Notes: generated by a model from the letters alone, not told the origin. A stretch of 64,000 nucleotides of DNA from an uncultured bacterium (GCA_903936775.1 CAIZWU010000273.1:18030-82029); one strand, 5' to 3'. Counted from the first letter of the stretch, positions 17,410 through 26,273 are shown. Made by a program: numbers and translations.

Positions 17410-18855
17410 TCAGGCGGTTCTGGCCGCACCGATGGGACCGGCTGAAGGCGACGGGCGGGCCGCCTTGGCTTGCTGCTTGCGTTTCACCGCTTCACGCGCG
17501 GCGGAACTGGATGGAGTCATGTTGGCCGGGGCAGGATTTCCTGACTCCTTGGCCAGCTCGTCAAAAGGTCCTTGGGCCATGGCTGCTGCTGCCGCGATGG
17601 CTCCAGCGGAGGCGGCAAGGGAATTGCCTCCCTCACTGGAACCACCTGACGGGGATTCGCCTGCACCTGCAGTTCCACCTGATGATGATCCGCCGCCGCT
17701 CTGGCCACCCCCGCCGCCACCACTCATACCCGATCCAGCCGCGTCTGATGCTCCTCCACTGCTTCCACCGCCGCCTGAACCAGTCCCAGTGGAACCGCCG
17801 CTACTGGAAGCCCCTGCGCCTGCTGCGCTGCCACCACCGCCCGCGCCGGCGGCGGCTCCTGCCGCCAGGGACGCGCCGCCTGTGGCTATCGCAGCACCGG
17901 CTCCGATGGCTGCCCCGGCGGTTTGGCCGATCAGACCGGAAGCGGCATTGGCCCCGGATGTCACCATGCGTTGAATCACGAATGGCACGAAAGCGTAGCC
18001 AAAAATCATCCAGAACGGAATAATCGACACGATGGCGATGGCCCAGAGATACGTCGTGATTTCCCAATCTGTTGCCGGAGCCGCCTTGATGGTATTTACC
18101 GCCGAAGTCAGCATGGCTTCTGTTCCCACATTGACCAAACCCCACCCCATGGGCCAGGACAGCAAACCGACCACGGACATCACGTAGCGTGTCCCAATGG
18201 ACCGCAAACTGCCGACGCCGATCATGGCTATCATGGCAGGCAGGAAGATGAGGCTAAAGGTAAACAAAAATTGCTGGATGAGCCAAAATCCCCACGCGAT
18301 GAGCGAAGCGAGTTTTGCCCAGAAAATCAGGAAGAATGAGGCCACCTGAATGATGAGGCCGCCGATGGACGGCACCAGGGACTCAATGCCCTTGTCGATG
18401 GCGTCACCCCAATGTGTCAGGTAGTAAAGCGCCCCCTTGGAGTCGCCCGCTGCAGTGGCCGCTTTTTCTTCAACACCCACAGTCATCGCGACGAGGAGTT
18501 CTTCCTTCTTCGCTTCAACCAAATCGGGGGAGCTGTTCCCTGCCCCAATATCCGTCTGGATGGTGGTGAAGCCCGTTTGCACCAGTTTCGCGCCCGAGTT
18601 GGACAAGGCAATGCAGGCCGCGAGCACCATCGCGGAACCGATGGCGCGTAATTGGGATTCTTTGGAGCCGGGACCGGATAGCCGCTGCACCAAGTGATAA
18701 ACCACCATCACAAAGGCGATGAGGAAGAACGGCTTCTGGGCATTCAGGGCGACGCCGTTGAAGCCCGGAAACATGGCTTCGAAATCCGTCAGAAAAGCCA
18801 GGATCTTTTCCCACAGGTTTTGAGGATTTGCCAATTCTGCTGCGAGAAATACCAC
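17410..18855 (-). CDS. trbL: TrbL/VirB6-like polytopic T4SS membrane protein with Gly/Ser/Ala-rich C-terminal tail
   Basis: Multiple TM segments (FLIAFVMVVY..., LIIQVASFFLIFWAKLASLIAWGFWLIQQFLFTFSLIFLPAMIAMIGV...) and a ~130-aa low-complexity GGGGS/AGAGA tail (about 17410-17900). Confidence 0.75.
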   Translation of the reverse strand: MVFLAAELANPQNLWEKILAFLTDFEAMFPGFNGVALNAQKPFFLIAFVMVVYHLVQRLSGPGSKESQLRAIGSAMVLAACIALSNSGAKLVQTGFTTIQTDIGAGNSSPDLVEAKKEELLVAMTVGVEEKAATAAGDSKGALYYLTHWGDAIDKGIESLVPSIGGLIIQVASFFLIFWAKLASLIAWGFWLIQQFLFTFSLIFLPAMIAMIGVGSLRSIGTRYVMSVVGLLSWPMGWGLVNVGTEAMLTSAVNTIKAAPATDWEITTYLWAIAIVSIIPFWMIFGYAFVPFVIQRMVTSGANAASGLIGQTAGAAIGAGAAIATGGASLAAGAAAGAGGGGSAAGAGASSSGGSTGTGSGGGGSSGGASDAAGSGMSGGGGGGQSGGGSSSGGTAGAGESPSGGSSEGGNSLAASAGAIAAAAAMAQGPFDELAKESGNPAPANMTPSSSAAREAVKRKQQAKAARPSPSAGPIGAARTA

Positions 18856-18858
18856 GAA

Positions 18859-19074
18859 TCAGGGTTCCTCCGGAGGCACAGGTTTAACGGGTGCAGTGGG
18901 ATCGAAGGTCGATGGCTTCGGTTTTGGAACGGTTCCCTGCGTGGCCTTTTCGAGCGCCTTTTGACGATTAGTCTCCAGCCGGTGCATTTCCTGGACAGCT
19001 TCCTCTTTCTGATCGACGGCAGGTTTGCAGGCGGAAGTCCCGGCTGCCAAAATTATAACAAACAGTCGGTTCAT
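18859..19074 (-). CDS. Small lipoprotein, TrbK-like position (entry-exclusion candidate)
   Basis: MNRLFVIILAAGTSACKP carries a lipobox. 71 aa, located between the trbJ-like and trbL-like genes, exactly where trbK sits in RP4-type operons. Confidence 0.45.
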   Translation of the reverse strand: MNRLFVIILAAGTSACKPAVDQKEEAVQEMHRLETNRQKALEKATQGTVPKPKPSTFDPTAPVKPVPPEEP

Positions 19075-19856
19075 TTAGCGGTAGGATCAAAGGTGGAAGG
19101 TTTGGATTTCGGGATGGTGCCTTGCGTGGCTTTGGCCAACGCGGCACGGCGCTCCTGATCGAAGGCCTCGGCGGCGGCCTGAGCCTGAGCTTGCTTCTGG
19201 GAGGCCGTATCATTGACCTCCACGGTGGACTGCGCCGCTGCCAGCAGCTCCTCGCGGGAGAGCTGTTCCTGCTGGCCTTGCAGGATTGCTATTTTGCCTT
19301 GAAGGCGAGCCACTTGAGCTTCGTCGGTGGCCCCATCCAAATCCTTCGCCGTGGTATCGATCTGTTTCTGAATGTCCTCCCGCGCCGTGGCGAGCTGCTC
19401 GCTTCTGGCGCGATAGTCTTCCGCGATGGCGGCATGAGTGGCGGCAGCCCGATACTTCTCAGGATCGTATTGGATGGCCTGACCACTGGGCAGGGTTTCA
19501 CCGACTTGGGAAAATTTACCCCCGGCAGTGCGCCGCAATACGGAAAGCGGATCACTCAAGGCCTCCTCTCCCAACTTCTGATAGCTCTTGGTCAGCTCGG
19601 TCAAATCGCTGAGCTTTTTCAACTCGTCGAGTCCCAACTGTCCGGCCAGTTCCTCCGGGTCTCCCATGCGTTTCAGGTCTTCGACGTAGTTTTCGATCTG
19701 GGTGTATTGCGTCTGGATCTGTGTGATCCATTCCGCGTAGTTCAGCACCCAATTGAAGGCATTGGTGCCCGTATGGATTGGATCGTTTACGATGTCCACC
19801 GCCCGCGCGGGAACAGCAGCGACGACTGTCGCAATGAGGAAATATTTAAGTTTCAT
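19071..19856 (-). CDS. trbJ: TrbJ/VirB5-like T4SS protein
   Basis: Internal ATG at 19856 gives MKLKYFLIATVVAAVPARA (signal peptide). The remainder is a helical, Gln/Glu-rich body typical of TrbJ. The longer track ORF (to 19949) would overlap trbE. Confidence 0.7.
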   Translation of the reverse strand: MKLKYFLIATVVAAVPARAVDIVNDPIHTGTNAFNWVLNYAEWITQIQTQYTQIENYVEDLKRMGDPEELAGQLGLDELKKLSDLTELTKSYQKLGEEALSDPLSVLRRTAGGKFSQVGETLPSGQAIQYDPEKYRAAATHAAIAEDYRARSEQLATAREDIQKQIDTTAKDLDGATDEAQVARLQGKIAILQGQQEQLSREELLAAAQSTVEVNDTASQKQAQAQAAAEAFDQERRAALAKATQGTIPKSKPSTFDPTAK

Positions 19857-19899
19857 AATGAGGATTTGGAATGGCGTTTGCCGAATGTCAGAAGGCTGA

Positions 19900-20346
19900 C
19901 TACTCCACCAGCCGCACCGTGGCCCGCCGTGCCACGGTTTGGACGCCATGCACGTCTTCCGCAGCGGGAATGGTCAGTTCGTAGGAGTTCTCGATCCCAT
20001 ATTCCCGGGCCTTGGCGTGCTCCATGGATTGCAGCATCCAGTAATGTTGTTTCGTGGCGTCGCCCTGTCCGCGGTGATAGCCTTTCTCCTCGGCGGTGAT
20101 GGCCTCCTTGTCCCCGAAGTGATTTCCTACCGCCGCCAAGCCGATGCCTGCGACTGTTCCAGCGGCCGTGATGAGGGGATCTCCATCGCTCAGCTCATGG
20201 GCCAGCAATCCGCCCCCTGCCGCTCCTGCGGCATAGGTCGTTCCTTTCCTTACCCCGGAGGCACTGCAAGCCATGTTCCCGCAACAAATGGTCCCGATAA
20301 GCAGGAACGCGGACGCACGGACGGCAAGTTGACTCACTTTTTTCAT
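19900..20346 (-). CDS. Nested or alternatively initiated lipoprotein with glycine-zipper segment (in frame with trbE)
   Basis: The ATG at 20346 begins MKKVSQLAVRASAFLLIGTICCGNMACSASG, which looks like a signal peptide plus lipobox. It is followed by YAAGAAGGGLLAHELSDGDPLITAAGTVAGIGLAAVGNH (glycine zipper). No stop codon separates it from the VirB4 body. Confidence 0.4.
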   Translation of the reverse strand: MKKVSQLAVRASAFLLIGTICCGNMACSASGVRKGTTYAAGAAGGGLLAHELSDGDPLITAAGTVAGIGLAAVGNHFGDKEAITAEEKGYHRGQGDATKQHYWMLQSMEHAKAREYGIENSYELTIPAAEDVHGVQTVARRATVRLVE

Positions 20347-23097
20347 GAACGGATTCGGTCTTGGTTTGGGGGTGTTTGAATTGCTGGTTCCACGCGTGGC
20401 GACCTCGTTGATGATGCCGTCGAGGACGTTCTCGTAGTGGCTCAGGGCCTCGGCCCGTTCGTCCACCATGTTACTGTCGGAAGCCGCCACGTAGAGCATC
20501 TCGGGGCTGGCGTAGATCCGCACCGATCCGTTGATCTGCTGCCCCATGTGCTCGGTCCAATAGCAAAAAACCGAATACCTGTCGTGCGCCGGAAGATGTT
20601 CCGGGCTTGGGTAGTTGCGGATGGCATCGACCGTGATCGGAGGGAGCTTCAACTCGTATTGGAGCATGTCCAAATCGGTGGAAGACTTCTGCCGGAAGAT
20701 CATCTTGATCTGGGAGTTCCCAATGAGGATGGGACGCAGATTCGCCGGGATCTGGGAAAGCTGCTGGGAGATGGTCACCAGCCACGCCCCATATTTCCGA
20801 TAAGTGGCGTAGGCGGCTGAAATGATTTCCTCTCCGCCGGCGACCGCGAAGAAGCGCGGTGCTTCCTCGAAGATGATCCGCTTCCGCAGTTTGCGTGGAG
20901 CGGTCATGATGAGGTGTCTGATCACATTATTGACGAGGAATCCCGCCGCCTCTTTGAAATCCCGCGCTGCCTCCGGGATCAGGGAAAGCTCAAAGTGCAG
21001 GACTTTGGATTCCAAGCTGATGTTGCTGACTCCATCGAAAAACTTGCCCCGCTGCCCAATGGCCCGCGTCCAAGTGCCCAACATGTTGGCGAGGTAGTCG
21101 ATGACTTCGGCGTTATGATGAACCATCTTCCCGTGCCGGAGTGCGGTGTAGAGCGAGTGGTGCGTCAGGTTTTCATAGTCCGCGTGTTCCCACTGGGTGA
21201 AGATCAGATTCCGCACTGTCTGGCCTCCGTCGCGGGTTTTGGCCCACTCGATGATGTCTTCCTGAGTGAACGATTGCAGAAACCGGTCGCTGTCCTCCGG
21301 GTGCTCGGAGAGCGCCTCACGAAAGGCGAGGTAAGCATCCGTGAAAGTGGTGGCGGCGGGCTGGTGGTGCAGACGGAACTGTTCCACTGCATAACCGAAT
21401 CGTTGGAGTTCGTCGATCCGGGAAGGATACTGCGCCATCCAGTCCTCGGAGGCGTCAAAGTAGAGCTGGTTCAGGTATTCGCCGAAAATCGCGACGCGCT
21501 GTTTGTTGGTGTCCTCGTTGTCGGAATAGCCCACCATCTTGAGGCACAGGGCGGCGGCGGTGCCGATGTGATAGCTGGATAGAGGAAGGGAATTTGTGTC
21601 GAGATAGTTCAGGGTCAATTCACCATCGAGCTGAAGCACGATGGGGGTGGCTCCCAAGGTTGCTGTGTAAGTCGCGTAGGTGAACCCCTCCTCGATGATG
21701 TAGGTGTAAGTGTAATACGGCTCGGTCTCGGCAAGCAGGGCGTTCATGGCCACGGACTTCCCCGCCCCGGTGCCACCCATGACGAACATGTGCTGCGGCG
21801 TGGAACCGGCAAACGTGCGCATCCCGACCACCGTTCTGTTGTCGCCATGGAACAGCGCTTCGGCCCCTTCAAGGATGCCAGTGAAGGTCGATGAAAACGG
21901 CAGGACACAAGCGAGGGCTTGATGGGACAATTCGATGTCGTAACCCCGGTAGTTTGTGAACGTATTGCCCGGCCATGTCTGGAAGAAAAGATTGCGGGCT
22001 GTGGTGGCGCGGGTCTGGTGATAGTATTGGGCACCAAGATCCGAAATGGCGGCTTTAATGGCCTCGCATTTGGTGGTGAGTCCTTCGAGCGTTTTATCCC
22101 AGACGCGGATGACCTGGAGGGCACCGAAGAGACGCATGTATCCCTCGGCCAGCGCTTCCACTTTGGTTTCCTTCCGCTTCTTCGCTGTCCCCAAACTGTG
22201 TTTGTGCTCACTCACCATGTCGCCGGCGAGACGGTGAATTTGTTTCTCCTCCTTGGCTATTTCCTCGCGGGTGTTCTTGGCGATGAAATTGGTGGTGATG
22301 ACGTAATCGTTAAACGGAAGGCGGGTCATTCCCATAGTGGCCAAAGGCCGCACCCGCCCCGGCATCCGGGAAATCACGAACATGCTATGGTAGTGGCCGG
22401 CGAAGTGGAACGAGGCATTCTCATCCTCAATCCGGACACCATCCGACCGGAACACAAGGTCCTGAATCGATGCCGCGGCATCAAACTCCGTTCTGGCTGA
22501 TTCCTTATCCTGAAACAACAATGAGGGATTCAGGAAATTCCGGGTCTGAATGAAATTGTCGTGGTCATCCAGAGCGGTGATGGCGGCGAACGATCCCAGC
22601 GATTGCTGCAAGCTCATACCTAGGTTGGAGAAGGCTCCGGCTTCCCTTTCCAACAAAACATTGAGATGCCGGTTCACTGTCTTGCGAGTCCGGAGGATAC
22701 TGGCGATGGGAGTTTCGATGTGCTTGGAAAGCCAAATGATGTGCTCTTCACGGCGAAGAAAATCCCGCTCCATTTGACTATGGAGTCGGGCGCTTTTCTC
22801 GGCTCGTGCAAAGACGGTCCAATCGTTGTCGGCGTCACGTTCCGTGACTTCATCGTAGGGTTTCAGCGCATCCCGGTAATCGCTGGTCACCCGCCACTGA
22901 CTCTGCCCCCGAACGTTATCCGGGAGGTTGTAGAGGAAATTGGAAATGGCGGCGTGCTGGGCATTGATGAGGGCCACGGAGGCCCCGCTCACGTCCAGGG
23001 TGTCCACGCGGAAACCTTTGACCAGAACCGCATCTCCACGAGGCAGGTCATACCACAACATCCCGTGAAGGAAGAAACCATTGGGGGCTGGCACCAT
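19900..23097 (-). CDS. trbE: TrbE/VirB4 T4SS ATPase, read in frame into a C-terminal lipoprotein-like module
   Basis: Walker A MGGTGAGKSVAMNALL, Walker B-like RIIFEEAPRFF, and GAWLVTISQQLSQI. At 1065 aa it is about 150-200 aa longer than typical VirB4, and the extra part is the nested ORF listed next. Confidence 0.9.
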   Translation of the reverse strand: MVPAPNGFFLHGMLWYDLPRGDAVLVKGFRVDTLDVSGASVALINAQHAAISNFLYNLPDNVRGQSQWRVTSDYRDALKPYDEVTERDADNDWTVFARAEKSARLHSQMERDFLRREEHIIWLSKHIETPIASILRTRKTVNRHLNVLLEREAGAFSNLGMSLQQSLGSFAAITALDDHDNFIQTRNFLNPSLLFQDKESARTEFDAAASIQDLVFRSDGVRIEDENASFHFAGHYHSMFVISRMPGRVRPLATMGMTRLPFNDYVITTNFIAKNTREEIAKEEKQIHRLAGDMVSEHKHSLGTAKKRKETKVEALAEGYMRLFGALQVIRVWDKTLEGLTTKCEAIKAAISDLGAQYYHQTRATTARNLFFQTWPGNTFTNYRGYDIELSHQALACVLPFSSTFTGILEGAEALFHGDNRTVVGMRTFAGSTPQHMFVMGGTGAGKSVAMNALLAETEPYYTYTYIIEEGFTYATYTATLGATPIVLQLDGELTLNYLDTNSLPLSSYHIGTAAALCLKMVGYSDNEDTNKQRVAIFGEYLNQLYFDASEDWMAQYPSRIDELQRFGYAVEQFRLHHQPAATTFTDAYLAFREALSEHPEDSDRFLQSFTQEDIIEWAKTRDGGQTVRNLIFTQWEHADYENLTHHSLYTALRHGKMVHHNAEVIDYLANMLGTWTRAIGQRGKFFDGVSNISLESKVLHFELSLIPEAARDFKEAAGFLVNNVIRHLIMTAPRKLRKRIIFEEAPRFFAVAGGEEIISAAYATYRKYGAWLVTISQQLSQIPANLRPILIGNSQIKMIFRQKSSTDLDMLQYELKLPPITVDAIRNYPSPEHLPAHDRYSVFCYWTEHMGQQINGSVRIYASPEMLYVAASDSNMVDERAEALSHYENVLDGIINEVATRGTSNSNTPKPRPNPFMKKVSQLAVRASAFLLIGTICCGNMACSASGVRKGTTYAAGAAGGGLLAHELSDGDPLITAAGTVAGIGLAAVGNHFGDKEAITAEEKGYHRGQGDATKQHYWMLQSMEHAKAREYGIENSYELTIPAAEDVHGVQTVARRATVRLVE

Positions 23098-23102
23098 ACG
23101 TG

Positions 23103-23465
23103 TTAATTCCCTCCCTTCGAGAGCTGCGCTGCCAGCCGCTCCATGGGATGCGTGGGCTGCGCCTGCGCATAGCGGACAAAGGAACCGTCGGTCGTCCGGT
23201 CCGCCATCCAGTCAGCGGCGTAGTGCGGCTCCTTCCCTTGGAAGAATGTCAGGACGATAAATAGCGTCAGCGCAAACGGGATGGCGGCCACGAGAAAAGC
23301 GATGGGAGTCGAAACCGCGTCGGCCCAAATGAGTCCCGTCAGCAACCCCACGGAAAGCAGGGCCGCGCCAATTACCGGGATATACAAATTGCCATCCAGC
23401 TTGAAGGCCACGCCGGACGAGTCATCCGCGCTGTTGGTGTGGAAAGCCACAAGTTCGTCGTTCAT
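23103..23465 (-). CDS. trbD: TrbD/VirB3-like T4SS membrane protein
   Basis: 120 aa with two TM segments (IPVIGAALLSVGLLTGLIW, IAFLVAAIPFALTLFIVLTFF). Position between the pilin and VirB4 genes. Confidence 0.7.
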   Translation of the reverse strand: MNDELVAFHTNSADDSSGVAFKLDGNLYIPVIGAALLSVGLLTGLIWADAVSTPIAFLVAAIPFALTLFIVLTFFQGKEPHYAADWMADRTTDGSFVRYAQAQPTHPMERLAAQLSKGGN

Positions 23466-23488
23466 CTGGGAGGGAACTTTGACAAATT

Positions 23489-23824
23489 TTAGAACCCGGT
23501 GACGTCAATCGTCATGCCGGTGACATCGATGCCGAAGGCACGAAAGACGACGGTCATGATGGCGACTGCGGCTGCAATAAGGACGCCTGCAATGATGCTC
23601 TGCTTCGCGCCATCCGGGTCCCGGTTATAGTTAGCGGCCCCGCCGATCACTTTGATAACACCGTAAACAAATCCGATGAGCATGAGCAATCCAAGAACCT
23701 TGGAGAGGGCTCCCTGGATATTGGTTCCCCCGGCCGCTTGGGCGAGGATGGCGACGTTGAAGAATCCGTTCAGCATAGGTGTGAGTGAGTGGGTTGCGAG
23801 CGTCGTTGGTGACGATTCCGGCAC
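23489..23824 (-). CDS. trbC: TrbC/VirB2-like pilin
   Basis: 111 aa with two hydrophobic helices (VLGLLMLIGFVYGVIKVIGG, IIAGVLIAAAVAIMTVVF). First gene of the trbC-D-E block. Confidence 0.65.
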   Translation of the reverse strand: MPESSPTTLATHSLTPMLNGFFNVAILAQAAGGTNIQGALSKVLGLLMLIGFVYGVIKVIGGAANYNRDPDGAKQSIIAGVLIAAAVAIMTVVFRAFGIDVTGMTIDVTGF

Positions 23825-23864
23825 CCTGTTCGGGCTGAATGGAAAAGCAATGCAAAGTGTTGGA

Positions 23865-23893
23865 ATTTTACGTCTCTTTGCAAAATGACGTAA
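23865..23893 (-). promoter_or_regulatory. Candidate promoter/operator upstream of trbC
   Basis: 7-bp inverted repeat TTACGTC (23868-23874) / GACGTAA (23887-23893). On the minus strand, TTACGT is followed after 17 nt by TAAAAT (-10-like, 23865-23870), about 41 nt upstream of the trbC ATG. Confidence 0.3.
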
Positions 23894-23919
23894 CTCGACT
23901 CACCAAACAGCCATCGAAC

Positions 23920-25383
23920 TCAGTTTATTTTCGGGATAATTCCGGCTGACGGCTCGCAACGCGGGAGCTTCCTGCTTCTGCGTAAAACCTTGCGTGCAAG
24001 GTAGATATGGCATCGGTGATTCCTCATCCCGGTGATCTCCTGAGGCTTGAGCACAAACTCCTCGTGAGGCGTCCTGGAGATGTTGGATTTTCCACCGGAG
24101 TAACCACGGGTGACTCTCTGCACTTCTCTTTTTCCAATGAAATTGGCGGTGATTTCAGCACTCTCAAAAGTGGGTGCTCCAAAGATGAGTCGGTTCCGCA
24201 ATTGAGCCATGGTCACGACTGCCACTTCCCGGCCCAGGACCGGATAGCAACTGGTGTGGTCCTGCATGGCCATCACCACCGCGCACTTGGCGGCCCGCAA
24301 TCTATCCAACCATCGGTAGTCGCCCCAGTCGCCTTTGCGCAACGAGTGCTGAGCTTCGTCCAACCACAAGCACAGGACATTGGCCGTTTTAAGGGCTTCT
24401 GGATTATCGTATCGCGCGAGGGCGTATTGATAAAAGAGCTGCTTGAACAAGGCGTTCAGCGCATACCGCTCCTGGGGATAAATCTGGGGGAGAGAGATGC
24501 AAAGCACCCTTCCCCGCTCAAGGTGGGAGAACTCGAATGATTGAGGATTGGTGCTCGCGAAAACCTCGGCGACTGCGGGAGTCTGGAACGGACTCAAGGC
24601 GTTGGTGATTGTGCCCGTGACACCACCAAATTGGTCAGGCGGCATGGCGAGAAACCGATTTTGGAAATGATCCATCAGCGATTTTGCACTCTCGCGTTTG
24701 GCTCTGCTTTTTGTATCATCCTTTTCCAAAGCGTGCAATGCCTTGACCATATCCGCCGTGTCCCTAGCTTCCGTGAGAACTGGGAACAGGCTGGTGAAAG
24801 TGACTGGTTTTCCCAATAGTCGCAACGCTTGGATGGCCTTGGTGAGGTGCATGGCTCCCTGGGTTTTGAAAAATTCCCCATGCGCGGCTTCGGAGGTGGG
24901 GCTGGTGACTTCCATGATAGCGAAACCCAAAGCCTCTGCCGTGAAGGCTGGATCCTGAAGCACGTTATAGAAGAACTCGGGAGGTTGGCTGCTCGCTCGG
25001 GCCTTCAAGACGATGGCATCGCCCGCCCGTTTGAATGCCCCCAAAATTGCCCGCAAATCGCCTTCGGAGTTGCCTTTGTTATCCAGCCACAAACCTCCCC
25101 ATTTGGGTTGATGGTGTGTCAGGCTGGTGGCGAGATAGTTGAGGGCGTTCGTTTTGCCGGAACCGATGCCGCCCGTGATGAGGAAATTCTGGCACGCCTC
25201 GTCGATCTCCAGTTCCTCGCCCGCGATGGTGAACATGATATTCTCGGCGGCCACTCCAGGCTTCAAAGCCAGCCAAATCAGCAGGCCAACAATTAAGAGA
25301 CCGGCCAACCAGAACCATATGTTGGAATTGCTGAGCCCGAAAGACTTGAGCGCATCCGTGACCGGAGTCAGGTCAAGATGCAT
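23920..25383 (-). CDS. Type IV coupling protein (VirD4/TraG/TraD-like)
   Basis: N-terminal TM (IWFWLAGLLIVGLLIWLAL), Walker A FLITGGIGSGKTNALNYL, Walker B VLCLWLDEAQH, followed by RLRAAKCAVVMAMQD. At 487 aa it is shorter than classical VirD4. Confidence 0.75.
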   Translation of the reverse strand: MHLDLTPVTDALKSFGLSNSNIWFWLAGLLIVGLLIWLALKPGVAAENIMFTIAGEELEIDEACQNFLITGGIGSGKTNALNYLATSLTHHQPKWGGLWLDNKGNSEGDLRAILGAFKRAGDAIVLKARASSQPPEFFYNVLQDPAFTAEALGFAIMEVTSPTSEAAHGEFFKTQGAMHLTKAIQALRLLGKPVTFTSLFPVLTEARDTADMVKALHALEKDDTKSRAKRESAKSLMDHFQNRFLAMPPDQFGGVTGTITNALSPFQTPAVAEVFASTNPQSFEFSHLERGRVLCISLPQIYPQERYALNALFKQLFYQYALARYDNPEALKTANVLCLWLDEAQHSLRKGDWGDYRWLDRLRAAKCAVVMAMQDHTSCYPVLGREVAVVTMAQLRNRLIFGAPTFESAEITANFIGKREVQRVTRGYSGGKSNISRTPHEEFVLKPQEITGMRNHRCHIYLARKVLRRSRKLPRCEPSAGIIPKIN

Positions 25384-25513
25384 GGACCAGTCTCTTCAAC
25401 GGTTTCAGAGTCAGACGATAGACCATGCCGAAAGTCCACCCGACACACCAGGAGATGATGGCTACCGGGATGATGTAGGGCCAAATGACAAGGAACATGG
25501 CGAATCGTCTCAT
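25373..25513 (-). CDS. Tiny membrane ORF (46 aa), below the ORF-track cutoff
   Basis: My translation reads MRRFAMFLVIWPYIIPVAIISWCVGWTFGMVYRLTLKPLKRLVHAS. Its ATG overlaps the upstream stop as ATGA (25510-25513) and its stop overlaps the coupling-protein start by 11 nt. Confidence 0.3.
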   Translation of the reverse strand: MRRFAMFLVIWPYIIPVAIISWCVGWTFGMVYRLTLKPLKRLVHAS

Positions 25514-25719
25514 TTTTTGGGATAGGCTTTTTGAAAGTGACTCCAGGCGAGATAGGCCCCCGGAAGAAGAATCATGTAGAGAAACCCACGACGATTGACC
25601 CCAGCCCCTTGCCCTTGGCCGGTAGTCTTGAAAAACAAAGCCGTGCCCAACACCATAAAGGAGATGAGCACAAATTTTAGGCCCCCGTTTCCGAGTCTTT
25701 TATTTACTTGGCTGCTCAT
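25510..25719 (-). CDS. Small membrane protein (69 aa)
   Basis: Two hydrophobic segments (LKFVLISFMVLGTALFF, FLYMILLPGAYLAW). 4-nt overlaps with both neighbours. Confidence 0.45.
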   Translation of the reverse strand: MSSQVNKRLGNGGLKFVLISFMVLGTALFFKTTGQGQGAGVNRRGFLYMILLPGAYLAWSHFQKAYPKK

Positions 25720-26273
25720 TTCCGTGGAGCTGCTGGAGGTTGATGTTCAAAGACGATGACTCCGTGATGCTCCGGAGTGAGGTAGGCCTCAGGGGGGCTG
25801 ACGGCACAGCGAAGCTCAAGGATGTGGACGACTTTTCCTTCCCGGCGGCTGACACGGTGAGTCAAGTCACCGCCTGCCACCCGAATCTGCTCCATTATAG
25901 CATTTCCATCCCATCCGGCAGAAGTTGGCAGAAACGGAAATTGCCGCGCTACGGCGGCACCCGTTGCCGCCGCCGCCAAACAACACAAAGTTCCCGTCAA
26001 CCATACCCGTGTCTTTTTCGTGGCCTTCTCTGATGAGGGAAACTGGGTCTTCGCCACCGAACTCTGAAAAGCGGACAGCAGGCTCTCCTGCCTTTCCAAC
26101 AGGGCAGCATGGGCGGTGAGCGAAAACCGATCAGCCAAGGCGTAAAGAGCAGGCAGGCTGTCAGGGTCTCCCTGCGCATGACGCTCCCAAGCCACGAGCA
26201 AACGTTCCCGGTCCTCACTCGATGTTTGCGAGAGAAGAATTTCCAGAACCCGACCGCTGTCTCCCGTGCTCAT
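25716..26273 (-). CDS. Hypothetical transfer-region protein
   Basis: Internal ATG at 26273 (MSTGDSGRVLEILL) forms an ATGA overlap with the upstream ParA-like stop. One TM segment (WLTGTLCCLAAAATGAAVA). The longer track ORF (to 26474) would overlap the upstream gene by 200 nt. Confidence 0.45.
   Translation of the reverse strand: MSTGDSGRVLEILLSQTSSEDRERLLVAWERHAQGDPDSLPALYALADRFSLTAHAALLERQESLLSAFQSSVAKTQFPSSEKATKKTRVWLTGTLCCLAAAATGAAVARQFPFLPTSAGWDGNAIMEQIRVAGGDLTHRVSRREGKVVHILELRCAVSPPEAYLTPEHHGVIVFEHQPPAAPRK

Noticed and set aside
17282-17974. 230-aa Pro/Ala-rich plus-strand ORF that looks like an extensin-like protein.
   Set aside because: It is the antisense reading of the Gly/Ser/Ala-rich tail of TrbL (GGN/GCN codons read backwards). 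TrbL has TM segments and operon context. This ORF has neither.
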